A stretch of DNA of 64,000 bases from Tubiluchus corallicola. Lineage: Eukaryota > Animalia > Priapulida. The notes beneath the pieces were generated by a model, which searched no databases, had not been told where the DNA came from, and worked only from the letters and a program-made list of their open reading frames with translations. The stretch lies in NCBI GenBank assembly GCA_030141605.1, contig JAQGDQ010000071.1:475605-539604 (forward strand). The letters are read 5' to 3'. The position numbers and the translations under genes are program-made. Below are positions 37,565 through 52,089 of this stretch, piece by piece (the stretch's first letter is position 1; the number at the start of each line of letters is the position of its first letter).

Positions 37565-40424
37565 AAGAAAAGCAAGGCCCTCTAGGAAGTTGGGCTTATT
37601 TCAAAAATGTTAGAAAGATTTAGTAATAAAATTGCTATAAGTGCTTCGTGTAATTAGTAAAATCTCCTTAAAATCGCGATCATTTCACGGTTGGGCGCTG
37701 CTATTTTTAAGGCCTGTTCTTCCCCTAATGACATCGTTCATCAAAAGCAGCCCACTCTTATTTGCCGTCAAAACTGTAAGTTTTCATAAAAAATTATACA
37801 GCTAATTTTTTGATATTTTTGTTCGAACATTAGGTATGCTGCAGAAGCTTGAATTAGTTTATGCAGCGCGTGCTTACGGAAACTTACGATGCGCTTACGA
37901 AAAGTCACGAAGTCCACCAGTTACGCCACAATTTCAAGTGAACGGTGGCAACCACCGCGCCGGAAAATTTCAAATAAAGCGAAAGTAAAAATTAACTTTA
38001 TGCTTTATAGACAATTTTTGCAATTTTACTTCTTATATTTTTCTACATTTAGGTGATAGCAGTAAAATAAACCCAACATGCTAAGTGACTTGTCATTTCT
38101 TTAAAGAAAATAAGCCTAAAGGTAAAGACGAATGATGAAATATGCTTAGCTTTAGCAGGCAGCAACTTTCTTACACAAACTGTCACTAATAACATGTATT
38201 GTTATGGTCACAGCAGCCCCGAGCATTTCCTTTATTCGAGATTTAGTAAACTTCAGCGTTTCTTACGTCTGTTGAAAAGTGCAGATCGAAATCCATTACG
38301 CTTGTTTGATGCTTCAGCGGTGTGCCTTTTCTAATTCACTTATCAGTCTGAAGCAGCGGAAATAAATTATGAGGAAAAGTTTACGCGGTGTGACGACACA
38401 ATTACAGAGTGAGTCCACAGAATGGTGATGCTGCGGTCAGTGATTCCCAGTCGTCCAAATATTTTTCTTGAAACAACCGGTGATTTTCACTGAGTTGGTT
38501 GTTCTGAGATGAGGGAAGCAGAACAGCCGAGTGGCCACGGCGTGTACTTCGCGAGCAAGGCTAAGCCACGCCAGGCAGATGAATCAATCACTTGTGACCG
38601 CTTGTGTTCCATACTCTCTCTTGGCGGTTTCATTGGCCATACGAACTGTGGATGTTTACGTTCGAAGACTAGACGATTTGAGTGCAGTGAGATGCAGCCC
38701 CAGCCGATTCAGTCCAACCTCATCCTAGCAGGTTAACTTCGTAATGAGTCACAAGGTGCAGAACGGTATAAAAAATAAAATACTCTTGGTAAAATGGCAA
38801 AAGGCAAGAAGGTCTCAGCTGGCTTTGAACCAGGTGTCTTCAGGTACACAGGTACTGTTCTTGCTGTCATCGCGTAATTTTCGTTGATTTAAAAGTGAAC
38901 TCGGTAGAACTGAGAAACTTTGGCCCACCTTACAGTGAGGAGCATTCCTTGGGGCATTCCTCATGGAACACATTGTTTTTTATGGCGCATTTCATACAGA
39001 CGTCTCATGTGGAAATCAGATAAAAAAGTTTGGGATTCGTGAAAACAGTACGGATAGCAATCGCAGCACGAGTGGACCATTTGTGTGGCAAGTTAACCCC
39101 GTAGTTTAAGAAAAAACGAAACCAAAACCAGGTTTTGTTTAATTTTCTGCATTCTGAGTAAAACGTTCAAATTTTTGATTTTTACAAAAACATTGGCCTA
39201 TGAACGTTTTAAACTGAATTCACTTTTTTTAGGAATGGTAGCCTATTTAAAAATGTACAACATAAATATTATTTTTGCCTAAAAGAAACGTCAATATGTG
39301 TACTTAGTTATACTTATAAAGCTTTTTCATAATATATTTACTTTTAGTCTAAGTATCATGATGTAGCCAACATTGTTACAATTGTGTTTTTGAAAGCGTC
39401 ATTTTCCTTGCGTCCTCAGTGTGAAGTGGGCCTTAGGAATTTATGTTCACCACGATCAGTGTTCTATTTTTTCGTTTTTGTAGTTGTTGCTATGGTCACG
39501 TTGTTGTCGTCATTGTCATCATCATCGTCATCGTCATCGGAGCCTTTCAGACGTTTAGACACTACAGAAAGCAACATCATTTATGGTGCTCTCAAACTAC
39601 ACATATTGGTAAAGGGGTAAAGTTGCACAGTTCACATCATGCCGAGATATTTTTGGTTTGAACTTGTCGTAAGTCGATAGATTGACGAACAAGAACGAAG
39701 ACAACTCCTATAGAAAGCGAATACAGCCGCCAGCGGCAATCTAGGATAAATATCCCCTTGGAATCACTTAAGCGAGCGCCGAAGTAACGCGCTCAGTAAT
39801 ATTTATTTTGGGCAATACATTTTAGCTTGTAATTAGCTGTTTCAAAAATGCCATCTGCAATCGTAATATAAGATAATACTGTAATTAAAAATGTAACATA
39901 CGTATTTTGTGGAATACGTATACATTAGTGCTGGATCCTGCATGCAATAGCCGCTGCTACAAAGTATGAGAAGCATTTTCATGCACTAATTTAAAAATGT
40001 GGTAAAGGCATGCTTATTATTCGTAATATATAATGCAGTGCCAGTGCTATACATGTATAAATAACAACCAAACGTACCCATTGCAGCAGAAAGCGGTAAC
40101 TTGCAGACGGTGTACAACCATAATCTCATTGTCCAGGTAAAATAAAAAAAATCTGGAGCCATCCACAAACGCACGTCGAACAGCAATAAAAACCGAGGGT
40201 AGAAAAAAGGAATGCAAACCAAAGCAATAGAAAGCACATAAGCACGAAACAGGTGCGAGCCACAACATCTAGATTAAAATGCGAAAAATTGTAGCATGTT
40301 CTGAAAAACTTGTAGGGGCTTTGTGACAGATATTTAACTATGGTGCAGGCTGTGTGTTTTTGCACCATCACAATTTTAAAAAGATGTAAAATAACCACAT
40401 TTTAAAGTATATCACACTTAATAC

Positions 40425-40670
40425 GCAGGATACAAACGGAGGTGTACCACAAGGATCCACTGTAGGACAACTGCTTTTTCTTAGCTACATCAATGATCTC
40501 TTTCTTATTACTGATTTCAGTACATATCTTTTTGCTGATGACAGACCCCTTAATCAAATCCATCCACTAATTCATTTCAGTTCCAACATCACAATAACAG
40601 AGAGCTAACTGGATAGAAGCATACAAATTATCAGCTAATTACACCAAAATTAAATATATGATACTAATAA
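40425..40670 (+). mobile_element. CR1/L2-type RT fragment
   Basis: Translates as GVPQGSTVGQLLFLSYINDL..LFADD, then NWIEAYKLSANYTKIKYM after a frameshift. Confidence 0.8.
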
Positions 40671-43600
40671 GCAGCAAAGGATGTCTCTATTGGTGATCGC
40701 AAGATGTAAGGCATTCGCAGTACGGAGCACAAAAATAATTGGGAACAGATGCCCCTGTACGGTAAGTAGGTGTTTGTCAGGTGATGGATTGACTTCAAAG
40801 CCTTAAATACAGTCAGTTAACTTACGATCTTATACAACTTACGTGCCCTCTTGGCTGGTTGCTCGTTGTAACTAAATTATCACTAAGCCCCCGGTTCATT
40901 TGTTCATGCTATGTTTCAGTTTATTGCTTTCTTGCCTGCTTTATAAAACCTATGCGAGCGAATGCAGTAATAAGAAGCAAAAAAATTTGCGTTTTGCCAA
41001 AAATAGCTGAACTAGCAGTGCTGAGCTATATGTAATAGCTTTTTATAGTAGCTATTTAAAACGCAAAATTCGCCCACATAAATGGGTCACTGCAAAATTT
41101 TATACAAGGTGTCTAAAAAGTCAGTTTTGTAATTTTCGTGTAATTTAAGCAGGATTTCAAGTTTCTAAAAGTAGCAATAAATTACTCAGGATCTTCGTTG
41201 GCTTCAAGCTACAACCAAAGAGCGTGGACAAAAGAAGCTCGATTCTAAATTCAGCAAGATTGGTGGATACTGTTTGACAGAAAACTGAATTACCTGAAGA
41301 AAATTAAATTGCGTGAGGAATGGTAACGAAATCAAGTCTCTTCATACGCCAGAAATTATTGTGAAACGAAAATTTTCCAATAAAAATCAAGACGAGTTGA
41401 TTCCACGACAGAATGGTATTTGGTCAATATTAGCTTTTTGTTGAACTGAGCTGTTTTGTTTTGCTTAAGTTATGCTGTTTAACATAAACAGGCTTTTCCA
41501 CTGTTTTTTGGTACTCCAAAAATTTATAGCAACAATAGCTATTGTGATGACTTGCAATAGCTATTATACTAAAACTAACGCTTTATACACCGTGTATGCA
41601 TAGCTATAATGAAACCTAAAGGTAAGAATAACAGGGTAGTAATCATTGCGCACATCAAAGTCATCCATAAAAGAAAGACCTATTATAACGTAGGTCAGAA
41701 AAGTATTGTACACATACTTAAAAGTGCAATAGAAGTAATCTTGGCAGGTTATACTGAAAGGTGCTAATAGTTATTATTATAAAATACTATTAAATGATAT
41801 TTTATAATATCATATATATATAATATAATATCGTCTTTGTTTGTTATTGTTTAGGTCATTAATTAAGTCTTGTCCATGTTGAGCTTAGCTCATAAGTTAA
41901 TTTCTTCTACTACGCTCATAGCACTGCAATGCAATGTTAATTTGTAATTGTATAACTTTTGTATTGTGCTAAATTGATGAATAAATTAATCTAAATCTAA
42001 ATATGTTTTATAAACGTACAGGTTAACCAACTAAAGTAGGTCCCCACTGGAGAGTGCTACGACACTCGTAGATTATTTCTACTAATGCCATCATGCATCA
42101 GGGATTTGTAAATTTAAATTTACAGTTTGCTGTAAAAATATAGTCAACCATTGGGACAATGAGCAACTGAGCTGTATATACTTCTAGGCACGTGTAAGTG
42201 AAATAAACTGGGAACCATTAAAGTTTTTGCTCCTCTGTGTGTGTGTGTGTACTGTAGACAAGCATAGAAATAGAATTATCATTTTTGTGAAGCTCAGACG
42301 CTTCTGATGCAGATCTCATTTGAATTCAGAGACGTGACCGTATTTTGCAAAACAAAAAAAAACTAGCTGAAGAGTCGATACGTCGCTTAACCAAACGTCC
42401 ACAAAGCAGTCAGTTGTCAATACTCGTCGGTTGTAGTCACACTGTAAGTTCCAATATATACTAAAATTATCATCGTCGTCGTCGTCGTCGCCATCGTTGT
42501 CATCACCACCATCATAATCAATATTCACTACCATGTGGCACCGCAACTAACACAAACATCAACGCCAACAACACTATCATTGCCACTAACGCCCCATGAC
42601 CTTATTCAGCCACCATTTTTAATTTTGCTGTTTAAATTTTTAACACCAACGGCAGCTAGAATGTCAGCTGCATTCAGTACGATTTACTACACGATGTTCA
42701 CAATATTATAACGCTTTGTTTCACTCTCCTTTCATCAACCCTACACCTGGAGTTTAATACTTTCATCTGAACGCACTGATTATTTTAAATTACCACACTT
42801 GTGTAAAAGATCACGTTTCTGTGACAGACTTGATTGTATGGTAAAGCGAGCGAGTCATCGTTTAATCATGACACCTGAGGCATGGCAGTGATTAAAAGAA
42901 TTGTCAGTAGTAGAACTAAAAATCATAATAAAGGTCATTCTCACAGAAGCACAATGGGGAAAATAATTATACTGCAAGTCTGTAATTTGAGTGAAAGTCA
43001 GATTCAAATGTAAAGATGAATGATCATTGTTATCTATGTATAGTATTAAATGTTGACTTCATGGTTGTTGATGTTGGCACAGCAGTTGCTGCTGCTGCTG
43101 CTGCTGCTGCTGCCCTACTTTTGCTGCTCCTGTTCCTGTTGTTTTTTGCTGTTACTGCCGTTGTTGCTGTTGCTGTAATATTCTGGAATTTGTGATTAAG
43201 TACGAACGTATTGCCAATGTCTAACTCGCTTTTGTACTAGAAATATTCAATCTGGGTGATGTACCAGACAGGCTGATGAAGTAGCTGTTATTGTTGGTGT
43301 TGCTGTTGTTTCTAAAATTCTATTTCAACTGCCTTTTTATAAATTTTGACGTCATTTTATGTCACAGTTTTCTGAAATTCTGTCCCTATAACAATTCTGC
43401 TTTTGCCGCTGATTTGCGCAAATCTTCATTGAAACGCCGCCTGGTGACAGTAATCATCAGCTGTCATTGGCACGGCCTTTGTTGTCATTATTCTTGAGTG
43501 ACACTACAACAAGTCTACATAAGCCAAAAAAAATCTAAGTCCAAAAATGTATTAGAATGCGCAGTTAAGTGACGTTTCGTTCGAAATTCAAAAATTTTAC

Positions 43601-43854
43601 ATAATTCTAATAAAATACCTCCTAGTGTGCATCATTCGTAGATAGATGTTGAAAATCCAAACTTGTTAGACATCTTATATGTAAAACCAAATTACCTGCA
43701 ACACGTTTTAGTCATTGTGGTGACGTTTTTACTGACAGCAGCAAAGGACACAGTGAAGCGGAATTTAGTGATGGCAGTGGCGTTTGCTGCAATGATTATA
43801 ATGAAACTAGGGTAACAGTGATAATTACGATGATGACGACGATGGTGATATAAT

Positions 43855-43858
43855 AATA

Positions 43859-43907
<49 letters not shown>

Positions 43908-43965
43908 CGATGATGATGACGACGACGACGATGATAATGATGATGATGATGATGATGATGATAAC
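43855..43965. repeat. (GAT/GAC)n microsatellite
   Basis: Read directly from the sequence. Confidence 0.95.
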
Positions 43966-44217
43966 ATAGTGATTTACATAATACATGTTATTGTAGCCTT
44001 AGTTCTGCTTAAGAATCACACTTTGCCAATGAATGCCGCTATCCCTCTATTATTCATAATATCATTGCGATTGCTGTTATGGTTTCTCCTAAAAGCTGTA
44101 TTTTATTAAAATAAATTCATAACCTCGTACTACTCAAATTATTTTATTATAAATTTATAGATGTGTCTGATGTTGTATTCTTTGATGTGTGGAAATAAAT
44201 TCATAGTCATAATCATA

Positions 44218-44760
<543 letters not shown>

Positions 44761-47184
44761 TAATGGTAATGCTGCTAACGATAAAGATGGCGATGTGGCA
44801 GTGGTTAAGATAACGACTGAAATTTATGACACTTATTACAAATATCATATCACTTAGTTTAAGGGAATCAAACTGTGCTTAAAGCGAACATTTCCTAAGA
44901 AGGGCAGGACTAACCTGCCCCGCTAATGCCCTATACGGTTTTAAGCAATATAGGATTTTGCGGTTATTGTCTTACGTGATTGCCGAAAAAATTTCTCCTA
45001 GGCGGCCTCCCAGGGAACTCGGATTTCAGTGTTCAATAATCATTTCAACGCAACCTATTACGGCAAATTTCTATCATAATTTCTTAACGTTAAATGATTT
45101 ATATTTGACATTTTGCGATATAAATCCCAAACGACTACACTGACAATAGACGTTCAAAATCACCTTGGATTTTGATTGTAATACAATCTTTGCACAGTAA
45201 CTTCATATGTTTTTACCCAAAATTGACATTAGAATATTATAATATAATTTTATCGCTGCAAACTGACAGTATTTAGACACTCCTTCTAGAAGTGAAAATT
45301 GCTAGACATCTTTGAGCGAAATATATGAAGAAGAACAGGTGGAAGAACAAGAAAAAGAACAAAAAATGAAGGAAGAGAAGGAGAAGGAGGGCTGGTCTTA
45401 TATATGCAACTGAGGAAGCGCAGGGGTAGATGGTTACGGTAGAGCCCTCTTCCCTCCTCCCATAGCAAGTAAGTAAGATCTTTATTTACCATAACAAATA
45501 ATCGTAGCAAATAATTAAGAAACCTAATCAGTGAATGTTTTAAAAAACATACACTGTTAGAGGCAAATGAGACAATGGAAAAGCTAAACTACACGTACAA
45601 ATAACAAAACAGAACTTTAAACTTAAAGGAAGACAGGATGATTTTTCATATACCACCCCATTTTCAAGTCTGATAAAACGTGTACATTTTAACACAATTA
45701 ATACTGCAAAAGCGTTTCTGATAATTAAATAATAGATTAAAAACTTAGATCCCAACTATTGATGACAGACACAAACTAACATAATTTTCAACAACAAAAA
45801 TATTCGACGAGCGTGTTGCACGTGTTGGCGAAAGCGAAAATTGAACTGCAGTACTACCGTAAGATATTCAGAATTTCAAATTTACCGTTGTGCTCACGCA
45901 TGAGCTGTCGAACGTGTGTAGTTCGTCACAAACTAACACATCTGAACTGAGAGGTACAGCACCTGTTTTTGTGCAATGCGTTTCTAAAATGCAGGCGCTA
46001 GTGCCTCTCTAACTAGCGAATGGCGAAATGCGTGTAACAGCGAAGAACTAGTATCAAAAATGTGAAATTGTGTTTGTGTTGTAATAACTCTAGTACGTTT
46101 CCTTTCAATATTTTAAAGAATAGACTATTTTGACCTACAGTTTAAGATTGGGTCCGAATTTGCTTTAAACTTTACATATTAACAAACTGACTAAGATCAG
46201 GTATTGAATTAAAAATGAGTAGTCCTAGAAACACGACCAGAAAGATCTGTTCATGTGGAACATGACTAGTAAATTCCCAACACAAGTGGGAGTCGAACCC
46301 AAAACCTTTGAATCAGCACACATAGAAAGACGACCACTGCAAATTACTGTAAATAAATTTGATAAATAAAATAAACGAATTTGCAGATAAATACATAGAG
46401 CTTACAAAGAACACACTTTTGACTCCTGTTCGTTTATCTGCCGCCATCTTGTTGCAGACAAAGTTTGCTGGTATATCCCTCCAGTGACCCTGTGTTTCCA
46501 CAAATTTCCCTTCTTTTTGTGGGAACAGCGGGAAAAATTGCTATTTAAATTTTGCGGCAATGGCGGCATTTCTATACACATTGATTGAGTTGAAATTTTA
46601 AATTATAAATTAATTCATAATTTAAGCGTTTGTTGATTATTCAGCGGTAGATCAAGAATTACTGGACATTTAAGAGAAATTAAACTTGGCACGATTACTG
46701 CGCCATTTTCAGTCATTTTTCCTTTGTAAATAATTAGTCTTGTAAACAGAAATTCATCGACGTTTCGTTTCACGTTCAATGTCGCTAAATTTCTGTTAAA
46801 TTTCTGTTAAAAAGAATAATAATTGCAACTGAGGTATACATTATGGGTATGCATATGGCCTTATATTTATTTTCTTAATACTAATGCCATTTTGACTTGG
46901 AATATTTGCCCATTGGACTATACATTTACTAACCTTTTTTTAAATGTTTAGCTTACTAATCCTCTGTTCTTTGTGGAAATATTTATTTTATTTGTCATGC
47001 AGTAAATGTCCTAAATAGTGATTTTTAATTAAGCTTTGTTTATTGCATTTGTTTATTGTTTGTTTGTGGCATTTATTGTAGTATTAAAACACAAGGATTG
47101 TCAATAATTACTTTATGAGATCAGATCTATTAAACTAAGCAAAATGACAAATTTTCTTTTTAACGATGCCAAGAAGCCTACAAA

Positions 47185-47590
47185 GCATCCACCACCACCA
47201 TCATCCAATGAATCACACGTCCAGGGACATGATTCTGCTCACCTCTCTATGCCAGGTCTCCCTGCTCGCCGCAGTGCCCCAAGTGCATTTATTTCTAAGG
47301 ATCAATGCTGAAGTGTTTAAATCTTTCTGTGCAAAATCTAAATATGTTAACATTTGTCCCCTGCAGGTTTTTTAGCTGGTTCTATGGCTTGTTGAAGAGC
47401 TATCTTCACTGGAATATCATCAGGTAGTCTAAACATATGCCCAATCCATCTTAAACGGCGTCTTTTTATTTTTCTTGTCCAAGGTTCTTCTTTTATTTTT
47501 TTCATATAGATCTTTGTTTGAAATTTTCTTTGGCCATCTAATACCCAAAATGTTTCTGTAATTTCGCCTTTGAAACACATCGATTTCAAA
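47185..47590 (-). mobile_element. RTE-clade LINE 3' fragment
   Basis: FQRRNYRNILGIRWPKKISNKDLY and KRRRLRWIGHMFRLPDDIPVKIAL across a frameshift. Confidence 0.82.
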
Positions 47591-48799
47591 ATACGGCCAC
47601 TCTTTCACTGCGCCAAAACAATGGTACAAATCTTTTTGATTGCCGAAAGTCACTAAATCACTCACATTCAACTCAATTTATTCACACCTATTGTGAACTG
47701 AAATATACGTAAAATAAATAAAAATACATAGGATGTTTAAAAAATAAAGATATAGTGTTAGTTTCTTGCTTGAAATAGGTTTCAATTGCTTCTATTCGTG
47801 TTTCCGGAAGCTTAGTGCGTTTTCATTTCATTTGATAAGTAAAAGTATGTAAATATGTTAAAAAAAACTCATTTCTGGTATTTACTGGTTTCGATACAGT
47901 AAGTTTATACAGCCAAATTCGCTTGTGCAATTGAATAGAATTGATTCACGCGATTTCACGTTGTATATCACGCAATAAAAACTGTTTGTTTTGTCATTTA
48001 TCTTGTATGTCTGAAATTGTTTCAACAAATTTTAAATCTCCATCAGAGCATACATTAATCAAAACGTCAAGGACCAATTATAGAAGTATTTACACTCTAA
48101 ATCATCATCATCATATGCCCATTACGTCTATTGTGTCTCTATTGCAGAACTCTAAAATAAAAGAAATCTTCTCTCAAGACAGGTAAACGCAGCAGTAATC
48201 AAGCAAAAAACTAGATACTGCTATGCCAGTGACTTGTCAGTGATCGAAATAACACAATATGGAATATCTTCAAAATACTGAAATGGAAAAGCTTTATTGA
48301 TTTGTTACTTTTTGAACGCTCTGCCTTTATCACAACTCGATGACTTTAGCCAATCAAAACAAAGTCATTTTCTCATAACTAATAAAAAGAATAAATTCAT
48401 GTCCAGGACGTTTTGCGCGTCTGAAACGACGCAGGCAGTTTTGCAAGACGTTTTAATACTTTTCCTCCTTTGAAGTCCGTCTCCTGTGGAATTTATAGTT
48501 CGCTTAATTGAGAAGTTGTTTGTATATGGTCTGCATACTGTAATAAATTTCCTTATTCAACTAAACTCCATGTTAAATTGTTTCGCAATTTCTACTAGCG
48601 CAGCATCAAAATAAATTGCGTATATTTTTTGCACGTACAATAATTCAAGAGAGTTGCAGCGTCGTTATATTTCTGCATGAGGAATTCATCTAAACAGATA
48701 AGTATTAGAACGCAATTTATGCGGTGAAATTGTTTACATCTTATAACTTTAATCGTCGTCGCCATCGCCGCCACAAGAGATGCCAAAGAAGAGCGCACA

Positions 48800-49180
48800 A
48801 AGGGGAAGAAAGGGGAATTTTGAAGTATATCTCAAAGAACTTTCCACATAAAGTTTTATAACTTAGCATTACACTTACCTGTTTGAAACATTTATTATGT
48901 AACTAGAAAAGAGAAAAACTAGAAAATAATTTAAAATGTTCGCGCCAACTGGTAAAACGTCACTCCAGTGTGTATCGCTGATTCACTAGAAACGCATTAC
49001 AGATTTTATTAGCAAGATAAAGTAATTTATACTTTAGCTTAGTTAGCAAAGAATATGTTACAAATGGCTAGATTATTTTTACAAACTTCACGCAGTGTTA
49101 TCTAAACCTGTTTCAAATGACTTTTTTTAAATGGGTGTTTATATTTACAAGTTTTACTAAGCGTTACTGCTAACACTTAG
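48800..49180. mobile_element. Solo arm of the 26018-26998 fold-back family
   Basis: aaggggaagaaa..tatatctcaaa..actttcc..atgtaactagaaaaga aligns with the left arm. Confidence 0.75.
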
Positions 49181-49437
49181 TAATTTCTTCTTCTCCCTTC
49201 CTTCTTCCTATCCCTAATCTTACTATTTTTTCCATTCCATCATGTCTACTAACCCTAACCATTCTTTCGTTCACTCATTTGTGCCACCTTAACAAGCCAA
49301 GCTTTCAAGGTGTCATACGGCAACTCTTTTATTTGGTTAATTTGACTTCATCAACGCTTTTTTACCTATACTGTTTCTTTTTGTTTCAATAATATTGCAT
49401 GTTGATGTATTGTATATGTATTGCTGGAGTGAAATAA

Positions 49438-49543
<106 letters not shown>

Positions 49544-50211
49544 CACAAGCTCTGTTTACAATAATATAGCATGTAGGTGATACAAAATTACAAGACTAAT
49601 TCTTTAACCTTTATTTCTGAAAAGTGTTTTCTTATGCTTTAAATAACCGTTTCCAACGTTTGACCGCACGCTAAGCATGACAGGTTTGATGAAACGTAAG
49701 GCTTCCGCCAAGGTATAAAATTTAAGAAAATTAATCATCACTGAAAACCAATTCGACTAAAGGTTCTAAAATTTTATTAAAACTGATGAGATGTTGAACT
49801 AATTGAAAAAGGGGAACACATATAAATGTTCACCGCTATCTAATAGACTTCTGAAACAACTAAAAACTTCACAAGCTTCCCTGTTACGGGCGTCACGTGA
49901 CAGTCTGTACTTGTTACTTGCATGATATGATGACGTTCACGGTGACATTCGTCGACAAGCACTGAACCGAACGTGTGCTTACAGACATCCCATAACTAAA
50001 GCCCTGAGGAGCTCGCAAATTCTGAATTAAAGTATATATACGTATTTGGCAGGAAAACGAAAAATTTTTGCAAACTATAAACCGCATTCAGTGAATTTGC
50101 AAAATACTGCAGCTTTCTTTGATACTTATTTAAGACCCATCAGACTTTCTGTTTTCATTATATATTTATTTATTTATTTATTCATTCACTCATTTATTTA
50201 TTTATTTATCG

Positions 50212-50362
<151 letters not shown>

Positions 50363-50999
50363 CATACATTCATTCATTCATTCACTCAGTCACTCATTCA
50401 TTCATTTACATTTGTTTATTTATTTACTATTTTATTTATACTTTTAAACTAGTTTCCGAAGCTGGCAGGTCTTTCAAAAGAATAAACAGAAATAGCTCAA
50501 TCGGCTGCAAGCTGTTTTTCCATGTCGAAGGTTGCCGGTTCAATTCCGCGTTTAGCAGTTAGCTTAAAGCAGTTAGAAATAAAAACAATGTTTACTGGAA
50601 CTTTCTTCATGTATTGAACAAACAGGGTCAAGTTTCTGCAACACAGAAAAAAGGTTAACTCCACCCAGCGAATATAACGACGCATATATGCTTCACCCAG
50701 GTATATCAGCCCGTCGGCTACATAGTGAGACGGGGAGATGGAGACATTAACCCAGACAATCTAGAACCTGTAGTTGCTCAATGGCTGGAACCATGTACTC
50801 TGTGTGTGTCATATAATCGCTCATCTTAGACAACTACCTAAATATTCTGACATCGACACATCATCGCTGACATCAATATTAGCACATAATGATACCGCTA
50901 AACAAGTGGAAAATGTACATAGATGTTCGTTGTTATTTAGTTTAAAAATAATTTATTATAGGATTGGATCAGACAGTTTGAACAACATTATTTAGGATC

Positions 51000-51350
51000 C
51001 TCATCACAACAGACTTTATACACTATTTACAAAAACATTTACAGTAAGAATAGACTATAACTACACAAGCTGACAAGTTTTACTACAAGATTACATTAGA
51101 CATTAGTAGAAAATGACGGTTAGAAAATATTAATGTACGAATATTTAAGACTGATGCATTTCATATCAGATAGAAACTACTGGAAGCGTTTAGTACGTAA
51201 TATAAAGTCATGTAGGCATTGGAATATTGTACAGTTAGCAACATAGTTAAGTTCATCTTTTCCGAATAATAACAATTTCAACAGATCATTAGTTCCTAAG
51301 GCAGCTATATTAAGGTTGTCGGGCAGAAGTTGCTATTTCAGCGAATGCCT
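51000..51350 (-). mobile_element. Degraded LINE 3' end
   Basis: An LLFGKDEL..CTIFQCLHDFILRTKRF-type ORF2 terminus on the minus strand. Confidence 0.55.
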
Positions 51351-51864
51351 TTGTATATTTAGACATACGAAAACTATTTTGCATTACTATTGTATAATAT
51401 TGCTGCGTATAATAGTACTTGCATTTTGCTAAAAGTGTTTTTTAATATGCACCCAGTTTGCATTTACGTGACGTCACTGATGTAGCAGTAAGGAACATGC
51501 CTTGTTACGAACTTCTTACAGCTACCTTGCAATTTGTAATTTTATTATAATTTTGTTGGTCAATAAATTACATACATACGTAGGTAAGTGACGCCCGCAG
51601 CATTTTTGATACGCCACAAATTGCGTAACGTGCAATTTGCGCATGTACATTAAGTGCATTACTAAAATAACGCAAATGGATTATAAGGTAATTTCGATGC
51701 CATTTATGGCAAAACAGAAAGCCTATGCTTGCGGCAGGCTAGTGTTAACAATTTTGAAGTAATTCGACGTAAAATTTTAACATTTATGAAAATGTCGGTC
51801 TAATTAACTTAATTTATACAAGCGAACAAAAACATAACTTGAGGAAATGAGTTAAAGTGTTAAT

Positions 51865-52089
<225 letters not shown>

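Noticed and set aside
38390-38740. GC-richer segment with short ORFs on both strands
   Set aside because: Stops occur in the plausible frames and I recognise no homology. It remains unexplained, probably a repeat relic.
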